Shown here one piece after another: positions 53,401 to 64,000 of a stretch of DNA of 64,000 nucleotides. A program made the position numbers and the translations under genes. The notes beneath the pieces are model-generated. The model was not told the DNA's origin and did not search any database. It saw only the letters and a list, made by a program, of their open reading frames with translations. Origin of the DNA: Convolutriloba macropyga (taxonomy: Eukaryota). The DNA is taken from the NCBI RefSeq assembly GCF_964194025.1, contig NC_134472.1, forward strand, positions 70,246,001 to 70,310,000, in the 5' to 3' direction. The stretch's first letter is position 1, and the number at the start of each line of letters is the position of its first letter.

Positions 53401-56400
53401 CTTCACTCGAAAGATTATGGTCGTTTTGACTTAAAAAATATTTGCTTTTTAAATAAACAATGGCTTATTAGACTTTGCCGCTATTTTTCTTTTAATTTGG
53501 TCAAATTATATCTTTGTGTCAGCAAAGAAAGAAGCTTTTTGTTCCTCTTCTTTCAACTAAAATAAATTTTAATCTTCTTTGTGTTTTTACGCGTTAAGTT
53601 ATGGTTTTCTGGCTTTGATACGACTTGATTTAACATTTTTTACTTTTTTTCTCGTTTTGTCTTAATATCACATTATTGATAGTTCACATACTAAATTATT
53701 GGCGTTCAAAATAAGGCACGATTGAACATATAAAAGTCTTGAAAGGCGAGATTATGGTTTTAAGGGCTTCGAGCCCCTTGTCGAGGAGTTTAATTGAATT
53801 TTTTTTCTACAAATGTCTTCAATTGTCGATTTTACTTTGTCTTTTTAGTAGCATTGAAAATACCTGGATAATGACGGGTCTCATTGACGATTCATGAGCG
53901 AAATAATGGGTTTTTTTCTGATTTGAGTAGATAGCTGATGGCTTTCACGACTTTGAAATCAATTTTCTTCAAAAATAAAACTTTTTAACGTTGTTTAACT
54001 TCGCAAATGTTCTTTTTTGTTTATTTGTTACCTAGTCTTGTTAATTACAGGTCACATATGACATTTTGTTGTCGAGGAAATGTGCAAGTGGTGTACCAAA
54101 TCTAATGCTTTATAAGAATTGGTTGTGAATTTACTGGCTTCGACACGGGTTTTTGGCACAAAAAGTAAACTAGTTTTCGATTTTTGTCTATTTATTGTTC
54201 TTTTTGTAGACGTAAGACGTATTCTGAATAATTACAGGTCTGGAGTGCTTCCTTTGTACGAAAGACGAACATATTTATTTGTTTCATTTTGTAGCTAATG
54301 GTTTTCATGACTTTGAAAATAATTGTTTTCGGAAAAAAACGGTTATTTGTTTTGCCCCCTTTTTTCTCTTCTTGGACTACTTGTTACCTAATCTCATTAA
54401 TGAGAAGGTGTATACCACATTTTTGGCGTTCGAGAAAGGCTCAATTGAACATATTTTGAGGGGCCAAATATGGCTTTACGGCTTCGACAGCGTTTTCTCG
54501 CAAGTTTTAATTGAATTTTTTAGTTCTGTTTTTTTTGTAACCGCATAAAAAATTGATAAAAGACAGATCTTAATACCCTCCTTTAGAGGCTTATGAGATC
54601 GTAAACGTTTTGGATAAACATATTGCCATCTAATGGTTTTCCTTACTTTGAATTTGATTGTTTTTAAAAATATGAGACAAATTTTTTTTATCTTCGCTGT
54701 TTTTGTTCTTTTTTGTCTAATTGTTACCGAGCTTTTCTATAGAGTGGTCTCATATCTTTTCTAGTGAAGTAAAAGTTTTTTTGATCAGTTTCAGTTTTAT
54801 CCGACGCTTTTTTGAGCTTTTTAGTAAGTTTTTTTATAATGGACATAAAGTTTTGGATGTAATTAATTTTTGTTATTGTTGTTTGATTTTATTGTTCGTC
54901 TTGACTTGCTTTCTTAACAATGACTGATCTCATCATCTAATGCGGGATATTTTACTCCACTGAGTTATTTGGGTTGGATGCAATCTTTGTTCATACACAT
55001 TATTTTTTGAAAAGTACTTGAGTTTTAGGGTTTTTCTATCTGTTCCTAATTTGGTAGATATTTATGCCAAAAGTGTGGATGAGCGGGGTCGGAACTTTAT
55101 ATGCAAAAGCACATTACCGAGCCTCCTTGTTAAAATAAATGTTCATTAATTCTCGTGGAGTGGTCAAAGTTCAGCTTTTGTTTTGTGTAGCGCTGTTCGA
55201 AGTGCAAGAAGCCGCAGCCGTGCACAAAGCAGTTCACAATAGAGAAGTTCCCTCGGATACTGGTGATCCACCTGAAGAGGTTCTCAATGAGGAACAGGTT
55301 CTCCAAGCTAGACACCAAAGTCACCTTCCCCATCACTGGACTCTGCCTCAGTGAGTTTGCCAGTGAAGAACACAAACAGAGAGGTCAGTCATTATTACAT
55401 TACTATAATTAATGCATAATTGTTTTTTGTTGCATATTTTTAACGAGTTATTTGCTATACTGTGATACATATTTTGAAAATGGGGCCATATAACTCGAGG
55501 TAACGGAAAAGACCGTTGATTTCATAAACCAACCGGTGCCCGTGAAACCCGTCGTTTAGACCTGCAGAGGGTATGCACTATACATTGTCGAGGGCAACAA
55601 GGGTAACTATACTAAAGCAAGCTACCAAAAATAAGCACAATGGGTTGGGCGAATTTTCCTATTTATCCGGAGCAGGGTACAAGCTTTCTAGGTTCCTTAA
55701 TTGCATAAATGTGCTTTAAAATTTAATCTTGAACTATTGACTTGTGAGTATGAGGGTGACTATCAGAAGTTGTTAGTTTGAAACCTTAAAATGATGCAGC
55801 CATCTTAGAACTGTCACCCCCCCCCCCCCCCCCCGGATGCAATAATTTCAATGCCATGTGTAAACAAACCAAATTGCGTTTTTGTGTTACGTTTTTTGTA
55901 ACCTATTAAGAGGGGTACTAGCTATCACACTTCGTATAAAACATTATACTGCTGAAATATAATCAATTATTGATGGTCATATACTACTGTTGATGTAAAT
56001 AAATGGAGTATACCTCTTAATAACTGTATACCTCTTATAAGTGTCTAATATTAGCAATTATAGATGGTCATATTCTACTGTGTTGATGGGGTAAATAACC
56101 GGATCCTTCCCAATTTTTCTCACCTGTCTGCAGCAAAAATATTTGATAGCGGGAAGCAGACCCTAATTATGGCAAACGTCTTAATGAATGTTTTAGCCTC
56201 TGATGGTGCATGCACGTATAACCTGTATGGAGTGGCCAATCACAGTGGGACTGCATTCAGTGGACACTACACAGCCTACTGCAAGTCAGAGGCGAGTGCC
56301 AAGAGAAACACATGGCACTCGTTCAACGACCGATCGTAAGTACTCGAAGCATCCAAAAATTTTTTCAGTGCATTGCTATTGGGTTTGGATGGCAAATAGA

Positions 56401-59400
56401 TTATACGAAGGGCGCAACATTTTGATTTATTACTGTTTGGAGATAGGAATGGTTTAACTGGAGATAGGAATTAAAGGGTTATGAGGATCGGAATTTTTTT
56501 GCTGCTGGGAGGGTATTATAAAATGTAGGGGAAAGTTTCTCTGTTAGCAGTAAACTGAGAACGACAGAGCCTTAAAACAATTATAAGTCGTCCTCTTCGG
56601 GATTTAAAAAAATTGCTTCATTTTTTACTGATGTGTGCAAAATTCATTACGAAAATTAGTCAAAATCCATATTTTAAAAGGTAATTGCTCTAGAACGAAG
56701 TTTGAACGAAGCAATAATGGCAGCTGTGTGTCTTTAATGCAAAATTTTGCCTAATCGTTTTATTCTAAAATGTTCGTTAACTCGTGAAAACTATTTGACT
56801 TTAATCAAAAGAAAGTAGATAAACTGTTAATGACCGAGGTCACTAAGCTTTTCGTAGCTATCTTTGAGCTTCATTAAGCTCTTAAGTGTACAGTTTACCA
56901 AAGCTGTTGAGGAACTCTTGAGGAGGCAGAAGTTTATGGTATGACGGGCCATTTTAAACGAGTTTCTATGCACATTTCACCACTCACTGACCTCCCTAAG
57001 CGTAAGCTAGCTACTCCCTCACCAGTGTCTGAGAACAATTCACCTGACGTTAATTGGTTATAGGTTACATGACTAAACAGTCTATCGAGACTGTTATTTG
57101 GTATTCTGGAGGCTATGTTTGTGTGATTAATGCACTCAACATTTCTCGTTTTGTGCTGTTTATTACCTTTCTTTTTCTATAAATCAAAAGGGAGTCAGAT
57201 GCGATTTTAGCAGCCCCAAGAAGCTGGTTATTGTAGAAAAGTGTATATATAATTCTTCAGCCGCTCTTAAACGAAGTTTGTAGCAATAATTTAGGTCCTG
57301 TTGGTCTTCCTATTGGCGTTAAGAAATAAGCTGAGGCAAAGCTATATTTTGATGTTCTTGGTTCCTGATAATTCAAAGAATTCGAATTGTTGGGGCTCAG
57401 TATTTTTGTTTAAGACGTGTTCACACATTTTGATGAGTTTTGAAGTCAAAGCAGAGTGGTGATTTTGATTGCGCCAAAACATGAAACATGAAAAGCAAAA
57501 AACTGATTGTCGCCGTTGAGGCACGAAAGTTTTTTGCTTCCATTTTGACAAAGAATGAGGAAACGGTGCTTGAACGACGACTTACTTTACCGATAGCAGT
57601 TTTTATTCACATGCAGTGCAGCAATTTAACTTTTGATTTGCACTGTTTCTGTAAATTTTTGGTCGCATTTTTTAAGTGATTTGTAAGGTCCTGTCGTAGT
57701 TATTCCATGGTCAAGGTTTTGTTTTATTTAAATTCTTGGTATTTTAATTGAATGCCTATGTTGTTTTAATTAGTGGTCTGACTTTCTTTTCGTTTAACGT
57801 TTTTTACGCTGCAAACATCAAAAAAGCAATTTTAGTAGGCTTTGCATGTCGCTATGTGATTGCTCTTTAGATTCATTTGTGTGACGTCATTTAAATGGCG
57901 GCGGATAGTTTTGAGGTCAATTTGCGATAATTTTCAAATCTAATTTTTAATGTTTTTTAATCTAATTATTAATTGCTCTCAAATGAAGTTTGTAGCAATT
58001 ATATTTGTCCTGTGGTCTTTTTCAAAGCGATTTTGCGCTTGACCGATTTACAATCTGACTTGTTTCGCTTTTCGTCCTAAAAAACGGGATAATCAGGTAG
58101 CGCTTGGAGTGCAATAAGTGCTCTTAAAGCCCTAAGCCTTGCTGTACTCTAAGAATGCGATTCACCGAAACTGTTTTGATGACACAATTTTGTGGTGTGA
58201 AGGGCTGTTTTTAAACTTTGAAAGTTTTTAAAGTTTGACCCCCACAGTTACCTCACCTCCCCCCTCCCCGTCATCAGCACCTCCCCCCCCCCCCCCCCCA
58301 ACAATCCCTTTGTCCACCACCCTCCTCCAGCTGGCGATTTCAACTCCTTCTTATCTAGCCTTCGCAACCTTACCCCCCCCCCCCAGCGCTTGAACCCACC
58401 CCCCCCCCCCCCCCCCCTAGTGCTAGCATCCATAATCCCAATCAATTTGCCCGACGTTAAACAGTTTTGTTAATTATTTTAAAACAAAGTTGACTTATTT
58501 TAACACATTATCACAGATTTCTCTTGACGTTTCTTTCAGCTTTTGTTCTTAAAACTTTCTTTCGCTAGATTGAGTGATTCTCTCGAGTGACTTACCTTGC
58601 TTTACTTTTTGAATTCAAGTTATTAATAAGCGTCCTCATCTGTTCAGCCGTCTTTTAGAGTAGCACACACAGCTCAAAGAATTTGAATTGAATTGGGTTG
58701 CTGTTTTTTGAGATCTGTTCATACATTTCGATGAATTTTGAAGTCAAATTGCTGTAGTAATTTTGATCACACCAAAAGAGGAAATGGTGAGAAATAGCGA
58801 GATGTTTTGTGGCGTGAATTTTTTTCACTGTAATTTGGAAATTTAAGTGATGAGACGGTGTTAGAACAAATTTTCGCTTTCGACCTAATGATTTTTGGTA
58901 TTCATGCGGCCATTTGACTTTGATTTTACGTGTTTCTTCAGTGGGATTTTCTAAGTGGTTTACCCAATGCATTCATGGTTCAATCTAATTTTTTGCTTAG
59001 TCAGTAAAAATTAATAATTTTTATTAATAGCCGCGTCCTCAATTCCAGGCGGCTATTATAGCGCTCCTAATTTTTTACAATTCAAAGAATTTGAATTGTA
59101 TTGGGGCGCTGTCTTTTTTTTAAGATCTGTTCACACATTTTCATGATTTTCGAAGTCAAATAGGAGTAGTGATTTCGGTCACGCCGAAACAGGAAGTGGA
59201 GCGAAAAAGCGAGTGGTTTTGCGGTGTGAATTTTTTTCGCTCTAATTTTAAAGCCGAGTGAGAAAACGGTGTTTGAACAAAAATTCGCTTTCTTGCTACT
59301 GATTTTCTGTTCACGTGCGGCTATTTCACTTTGATTTTTACTTTTTTTTCGGTGTTTTGGATCGGATTTTTTTCTTAATGGTTTTCCCAATCCATTCATT

Positions 59401-61165
59401 GCTCATTCTAGGCCTAGTTTAGTTGTTTAAACCAAGTTTCACTTTTTCGCTAGTGGTTTTTTTGTTCACATGCTGCATTTTAACTTTGATTTTTCGTTTT
59501 TTTTTAAATTTAATTTTTTTTGGAAATGGTTTTCCCATTTAGTTCATTCGTAGTCCTACTAGTTCTTGTCTTTTGTTTAGTCAATGAAAATTCTTTGAAT
59601 TGTACGTCAGGAATTGTCCTGCTTTGTTTTTTTACTTCGTCTAACAGATTTTGTTTCATCTTACCTTGACTTCTTGGAATTGACTTTTTTGTTGACTTAC
59701 CTCACTCAAAAGAATGACTTCTGAACTCACTTATGGAATTTTTATGAGCATTTACTTATTAAAGGTCAATATTGTGCATCTAAGTAGTGCCAAACATATA
59801 TGCCCTAATTCTTGATTATTAGAGTCATTTTGAGTTTTTGATTTCGAATATTAATTTTGGGATCTTTTCCGTTTGTGCCCCCCCGGAACGTTATGCGCCC
59901 CCCAGTTACAGAGCACGTGCCATTACATAGTAAGTCCTTGTGTAAAAAATATTGCACGTGCGTCTGGGGGGTGCAAATAATATGCGCCCACTAAGCTGAG
60001 GGGGCACAAACGGAAAAGATCCTAATTTTGAAACGCCCTATTAGGGCTTTCTCCCTATAGAGCTTATGTGTCTCATAAAAATGACAGTCAGAAGCTAACC
60101 CAAGATGTCTGGTGGTCTATTAAAGGACTGGTGGTCGATGTTTGTTTTATTTCTATAGTTGTTTCAATTCATGTAACGCCACAAGCGTCTATCGCAGCTA
60201 TTTTCCGGCAATCTGCCGGCTATGTTTTCGTAGACCAGAAATTTGTTGCTTTACCTTAGTTCATATTTTGCGTTAAATCTTTGTGACTTCTCTTTTAGTT
60301 CTTGACTCATTCTGGCCAAAGCCTTTTTAAACAGCAGTTGCTCATTGAAGCGATCTAAAATGAACGGATTCATAACAAACAAAATCATAAACGGGAAAAA
60401 CCCATAAAGCCCAATATTAGTTGCACGCTACTTCAACTTTGTTCTCTACAGTCTTAATGCCTACCATCTAGCTGATGCTTCTTGTTATTAATACTAGCCC
60501 CTGTATTTTCTCATCAAGAAAAGGAGTATGTCCAACTACGAAGATATCAAAATAGTTTGCATTTTAAAATGTTTTTGTACAAAAATCAATTTTCGTTTTT
60601 TTTCTGTTCTTTCAGTCCCAATCGAGTTATTGGAATCAGTGGTGGATTTTTTAACGGCATTCTGACGGGTATGTTCTAAATTGCTCACCATTCATAAATT
60701 TGTGTGCGAGGGTATTAACTGTGCGTTGTCTGCAAGTTCTGAAGACTTAATATTTTAATGGTTAACGTCTCAAGGCTTTAATCACTAAGACCGCGGGTTG
60801 AAGCAACACCTCTGTAGGAGCCTTTGGAGTTTTTTGATGTTTCTAAATTTGATGTTCTAATTAGGCTACCCTACCTGTAGTCGAGCAATTCTTTTGACAT
60901 TAGACGGTTTGTTTTAAATTCTCTTCGAATGCTATTCTTCAATCACTCCGTCTAACTTTGCAGTTTTTAACTCAATTTTGTCTATGAAAGCAGTTGTTGT
61001 CCATATGTTTTCTCAACTAGACCTTCAGATGAAAGTGAAATGCAGAAGATGGTATATCATTTTTTTTGTTTCAGAACTTCTGAGCTCTCGGATACGCGTC
61101 TAGTGTCATCTAGTGCCTACGTACTCTTCTACGAATTGGCCTCCTCCTCCTCCTCATCGTCTTAA
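32272..61165 (+). CDS. USP2/USP21-like ubiquitin carboxyl-terminal hydrolase, 9 exons, 1329-nt CDS (442 aa)
   Basis: Exons joined by hand with GT-AG sites and consistent phases. Contains Cys box [21 protein letters not shown], two CxxC pairs, IHLKRF, His box [19 protein letters not shown] and AYVLFYE. Confidence 0.92.
32775..32986 (+). CDS. USP exon 2 (Cys box)
   Basis: TTTCAG acceptor; GTAAGT donor; phase 2. Confidence 0.92.
34088..35378 (+). mobile_element. Composite Helentron-like non-autonomous (HINE) block
   Basis: 5' hairpin TATAGCTC..GAGCTATA, then a second 5' end TTAATTGCT..AGCAATT. The 3' end is CGGCTATT-tt-CCAGCA/TGCAGG hairpin-ctatgTT. Confidence 0.65.
35600..36560 (-). mobile_element. 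Possible highly eroded Penelope-like (RT plus GIY-YIG) remnant
   Basis: Weak motif echoes only (SQLSEQTSR resembles SYVGQTSR; EFRIIGR; PNFN). Confidence 0.3.
36570..38329 (+). mobile_element. HINE family B, 5'-truncated
   Basis: Colinear with 40438-43076 and 52562-55131; 3' end GGAGTCGGAAC plus hairpin plus ccttgTT. Confidence 0.8.
37007..37122. repeat. Minisatellite, 17/20-bp unit TCAACTTGTAGCTTA(TTT)GG, about 6-7 copies
   Basis: Direct tandem repeats visible in the sequence. Confidence 0.95.
38845..39024 (+). CDS. USP exon 3
   Basis: CTTTAG acceptor; [12 protein letters not shown]...FAGS; GTCAGT donor. Confidence 0.9.
39181..39708 (+). mobile_element. HINE family A, about 530 bp
   Basis: 5' TT-AATAGCCGCC..CGGCTATT; 3' GGCGGCTATT-tt-CCGGCA atc TGCCGG-gtatgTT; nearly identical to 43424-43954. 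Confidence 0.85.
40438..43076 (+). mobile_element. HINE family B, about 2.6 kb full length
   Basis: 5' TT-GTTCCGACCCC..GGAAC; 3' GGGGTCGGAAC plus palindrome ATGTGCGATCGCACAT; no coding capacity. Confidence 0.85.
43424..43954 (+). mobile_element. HINE family A, about 530 bp
   Basis: Same termini and body as 39181-39708. Confidence 0.85.
44830..45045. repeat. Degenerate tandem repeat (atggttttcttagatacc-like units)
   Basis: Recurrent TTAGATAYC..ACCAT units about 40-45 bp apart. Confidence 0.6.
45373..45483 (+). CDS. USP exon 4 (QHDAQEFL)
   Basis: TTACAG acceptor; [20 protein letters not shown]; GTAAGT donor. Not present in the ORF track. Confidence 0.92.
45687..47817 (+). mobile_element. HINE family A composite, about 2.1 kb
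   Basis: Family A termini enclose extra modules shared with 34550-34860; the 3' ~460 bp matches the family A body. Confidence 0.75.
47866..48874 (+). mobile_element. HINE family A-related, about 1 kb
   Basis: 5' TTAATAGCCGCC..CGGCTATT; 3' GGCGGCGATT-tt-CCGGCAatcTGCCGG-ctatgTT; body matches 59080-59400. Confidence 0.8.
48940..49063. repeat. 15-17-bp tandem repeats (TTGGGTWWAATGGCA), likely the right arm of a fold-back MITE
   Basis: Inverted counterparts (ccattttaccca) lie at 45625-45668, with the HINEs between the arms. Confidence 0.55.
49682..49853 (+). CDS. USP exon 5
   Basis: TTTCAG acceptor; [21 protein letters not shown]; GTCAGT donor. Confidence 0.93.
49893..50090 (+). mobile_element. 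tRNA-derived SINE
   Basis: A box TAGCACAGTCGG and B box GGATCGAATCC; imperfect cloverleaf, then a non-tRNA body and an AAC-rich end. Confidence 0.7.
50534..50626 (+). CDS. USP exon 6
   Basis: TTTCAG acceptor; [21 protein letters not shown]; GTTAGT donor. Confidence 0.9.
50812..50917. mobile_element. MITE (same family as 24348)
   Basis: GGGTCTTTC...GAAAAGACCC TIRs and internal cttagtggtcaga.aacctatag. Confidence 0.8.
52562..55131 (+). mobile_element. HINE family B, about 2.6 kb
   Basis: 5' TTGTTCCGACCC..GGAAC; 3' GGGGTCGGAAC plus hairpin plus ccttgTT; ends about 60 bp before exon 7. Confidence 0.85.
55191..55383 (+). CDS. USP exon 7
   Basis: GTGTAG acceptor; [21 protein letters not shown]; GTCAGT donor. 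Confidence 0.93.
56197..56335 (+). CDS. USP exon 8 (His box)
   Basis: TTTTAG acceptor; [23 protein letters not shown]; GTAAGT donor. Confidence 0.93.
57969..58450 (+). mobile_element. HINE family C (5' end TTAATTGCTCTC..AGCAATT) with C-rich tract; other family C 5' ends near 34138, 43364, 51526, 52183, 56682 and 57262
   Basis: Repeated 5' hairpin and shared body (ttgacttttcgtcct.aaaacgggataa). Confidence 0.65.
58623..60675 (+). mobile_element. Old family A HINE with a younger family A element (59024-60226) nested inside
   Basis: Degenerate outer termini; intact inner termini TTAATAGCCGC..GGCGGCTATT and GCTATTttCCGGCAatcTGCCGGctatgTT. Confidence 0.7.
59859..60022. mobile_element. MITE with TIR GGATCTTTTCCGTTTGTGCCCCC and 8-bp TSD TAATTTTG
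   Basis: Perfect TIR and TSD. The homologous HINE module near 35170 lacks the insertion (empty site). Confidence 0.9.
61075..61165 (+). CDS. USP exon 9 (terminal)
   Basis: TTTCAG acceptor; [18 protein letters not shown] followed by a stop. Confidence 0.9.
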
Positions 61166-61638
61166 CCGTCTGCAATTAGCAATTACAAACTCTTCAACAA
61201 CAACTAACGCCAACAGTGTGACCAATCATAGCCCAAACATTGCTCGCCTGACCCCTCTCTTTGAATCATTGCTTCCCGGTATTTTCGTATTCCCGATCTA
61301 ATGGACCCATCAATGCGCATGGTCTCAATGGGTTCTCCCGCTCATTGCTTATTAACAAAAATTGTGTTTGCTATCATTTGGGAATTTTTTCAACATTAAC
61401 CCACTCTACAATCAAGTATGCTGTTTTCATCTCTGTTATCCGGCAACAGCCATAAATTGAAATAACTATGCTAAGCCTTTGAGGTTCGAAAAAAAAATTA
61501 TTCCGTCATATCGATCAAATTGCAATTAGATGACGTGACAATGTTAGGTCACTTCTCTAAGAACTCGAATTTCAGACGTACTCCAAATAAAGAAAATGTA
61601 GGAATGGTGCAGGGATAAATATTCAGTGTTGAAAATCT

Positions 61639-61903
61639 GGGTCTTTCCCATTATAGCCCCCCCCCCAGCTTAGCGGTCAGATAACCTATAGTCTGCGCAA
61701 AGTCCCCCCAATCATGGTAATTATAACATAATGGGGGGGGGGCTATAATGGGAAAGATCCGAAAATATTAAGTGTACAAATTTGGGTCTTTCCAATTATA
61801 CCCCCCCCCCCCCCCCAGATTAGTGGTCAGATAACCTAAAGTCCCCCCAATCATGGTAATTATACCATAAGGGAGGGGGGGGGGGGGTTATAATGGGAAA
61901 GAC
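61639..61903. mobile_element. Two tandem MITE copies (24348 family)
   Basis: 61639-61760 with TSD GAAAATCT/GAAAATAT, and 61784-61903; each is followed by the same ~23-bp flank. Confidence 0.85.
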
Positions 61904-62099
61904 GAAAATCTTAAGTTTACAAATCTTGAACTGGTCCCTATTCCCTATCTGTTGCTCCTGGTAGAAGCGACAACAAAACAATTCTCTCATTCGTGCTATT
62001 TCATCACACCACCACCTGTGCATATTGCTCTTATATCTTAGACAGAGTCAAATTAAACTGGCAGAATTAGATAGATAGATACTGTAGCTATTTCAGTTA

Positions 62100-63700
62100 G
62101 AAATTTAAAAGCCCACAGAACTCAAACCAAACTCGTATCGTGTGCCAGCACATTTTGAACAATCTCTTAGCTATTAAGGTTGTAATAATTTTCTCAGTCA
62201 CCCGGATCTAGGATGACGTTCATTCAAGGAGTGCACAATTTAAATGATCTTTTGAAAAGTACACGCGCAATCGTTGCAATCAAAATTAACATTCGTAGAA
62301 ATGACCTTGCCTTCGTGGAAGGTGCAACTTAAGAATGTTAAATATAGCTCCTGAAAGAAGCTTGAAGAATTTATTCTAGTCGTGTCTGTCTGCGCAAAAT
62401 TTACGGTTCAACGTTTTTTTTTTGCGTATACGTAATTGCGCTCTCTTATTCAAAATTTGATCAACTGATTTCATTCGGATGCAGTTTTCTACTTGAAATC
62501 TAATAAGTCAGACGGAGTGGGTTCATTTGTTCAATGATTGTAGTGGACTTTATTAAGCACTATTGACATTTCGAAGTGAAGCCATCCAACCAAGTGTCCT
62601 GGCGTCAATAAGGTCGAGACACCGCCTCGCCTGTTGTTCGAAAACGATTCATCTTACGGTAGTGGTTAATGTTTTTGAATTGCTCTGAAACGTTTTGTCA
62701 CCGCGTTTTCTTGTATGCGATGTTTTGTGGGACCGATTTGCCTTTTCAAAAAAAACAAACCTGATAAAAATCGAATGCATTAGGTACTGCTGCATTTTTG
62801 AAAAATTTTTATGAGTAATAGAAGAGTAATAGAAGACCAGGTTCCTGATTTTGTAGTTATGTCAAATTGTACAATAACGATATGATGGGCATGTTTTGGG
62901 TCACATTTTGATGTTTTCAGCGTTTTCATATTTTATTGTATTTATCCTCAAACTTCGCTTGTAGACTATCGAAGGCACCACCCGTCTTCTGAGAACAATT
63001 CGCTGTTTTTTAGTCGGCTGTGTTAATTTCGTGCTTTCTTGATAGCTACGGGACATGAGTAGTTAGTTAATAGGTTTTATTACGACTCGGGAACGAGCTT
63101 TTTTGCTACTTCAACGGAATTTTCTATTTTTCCATGGTTGTTATCAGTTGCATTCCTCTGATTTCAGATTGGATTCCACGAACAGATCGTTTGCGACTGA
63201 TTTTCTGCAGAATAGGCAATATGACGCTTTTTAATTGATCGCTCTAACTGATTACCCTTCTGACATGCCATGAGCATTAACTGCTTCTATGACTTATGAG
63301 AAATATTTGCTAGGACTAAAACTGCTTAAAATCACTTCTCGCTACTACCGCACTACTCTTCAGTTGACCTCTTTTAGCACTTGTAAAATAACTAGGATTT
63401 AACTTAGCAGAAATCGGGTCGATTCATTTGTCTGAAATTCATTTTACAGTTATAAGAAATATTAATTTGGTCACAATTTGAATTTGGATTCATTTTCGAC
63501 TTTAGTAAAATTTTTTATCGAAATTGATGTTTTCATTCCTTAAAAGTTAGTAGATCATTTTTTTCGGAATGTATGGATATTTTGAAGACCTAAGACACTA
63601 ATTTGTTTTTCTGTAATTGACTGGTCTGGAGGAAGTTTTGCAAACTGTTCTTCCTTCAATGAGCGCAGTAATTGCACTGTAAAGTGAGGCTAAGTTTTGT
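62100..63700 (-). mobile_element. Possible eroded Penelope-like remnant
   Basis: Weak echoes only (LFKRSFKLCT resembles LLHRAFKICS; TGGAFDSL). Confidence 0.25.
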
Positions 63701-64000
63701 AGAAGGGGAGGGCGAGCGAAAACATTGTCAGTTTAGATTCGAATCCAACCAATACTAGACTAAATTGCGATCAAATTTTGTCATATCTTAGTTTTTGCTA
63801 ATCGATTTACCGCAACGATTATCGGAATTCACGCCAACAAAAAAAATTATGCAAAAGGTGGTCCAAACAAAGGCAGGCATATTATTGTTTGAGGTATGTG
63901 TTGAAAGGCCTTAGCTAATCCCACCTTGGTGTCATTATAGTATATTGCTGATCCGTACTATATACTTAAACGACGGGGTTAATCGCGGGACCACATGTAT

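Overview
AT-rich animal (invertebrate-type) nuclear DNA with two assembly gaps, split into two sharply different halves. Bases 1-27.5 kb are a nested retroelement graveyard. It holds a minus-strand Gypsy/Ty3 element (tRNA-Ser-type PBS, duplicated gag-PR-RT) with a second plus-strand Gypsy nested inside, and a gap-flanked RTE-like LINE 3' part whose RT carries an inserted KOW-like motif and two C2HC zinc fingers. It also holds three CR1/L2-group LINEs (one with an extra SGNH-esterase-like ORF0 before a PHD ORF1) and a deleted CRE-like REL element. Bases 27.9-61.2 kb hold three co-oriented host genes: intronless LACTB2, intronless PIH1D1, and a 9-exon USP2/USP21-like deubiquitinase (442 aa, reconstructed by hand with consistent splice phases). 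The large USP introns are packed with at least four families of non-autonomous Helentron-like (HINE/DINE-1-type) elements. Every end I could orient lies on the sense strand, and the families share an AAACGGGATAAAC core. The introns also contain 8-bp-TSD MITEs and a tRNA-derived SINE. All calls are by eye; no database searches were run.
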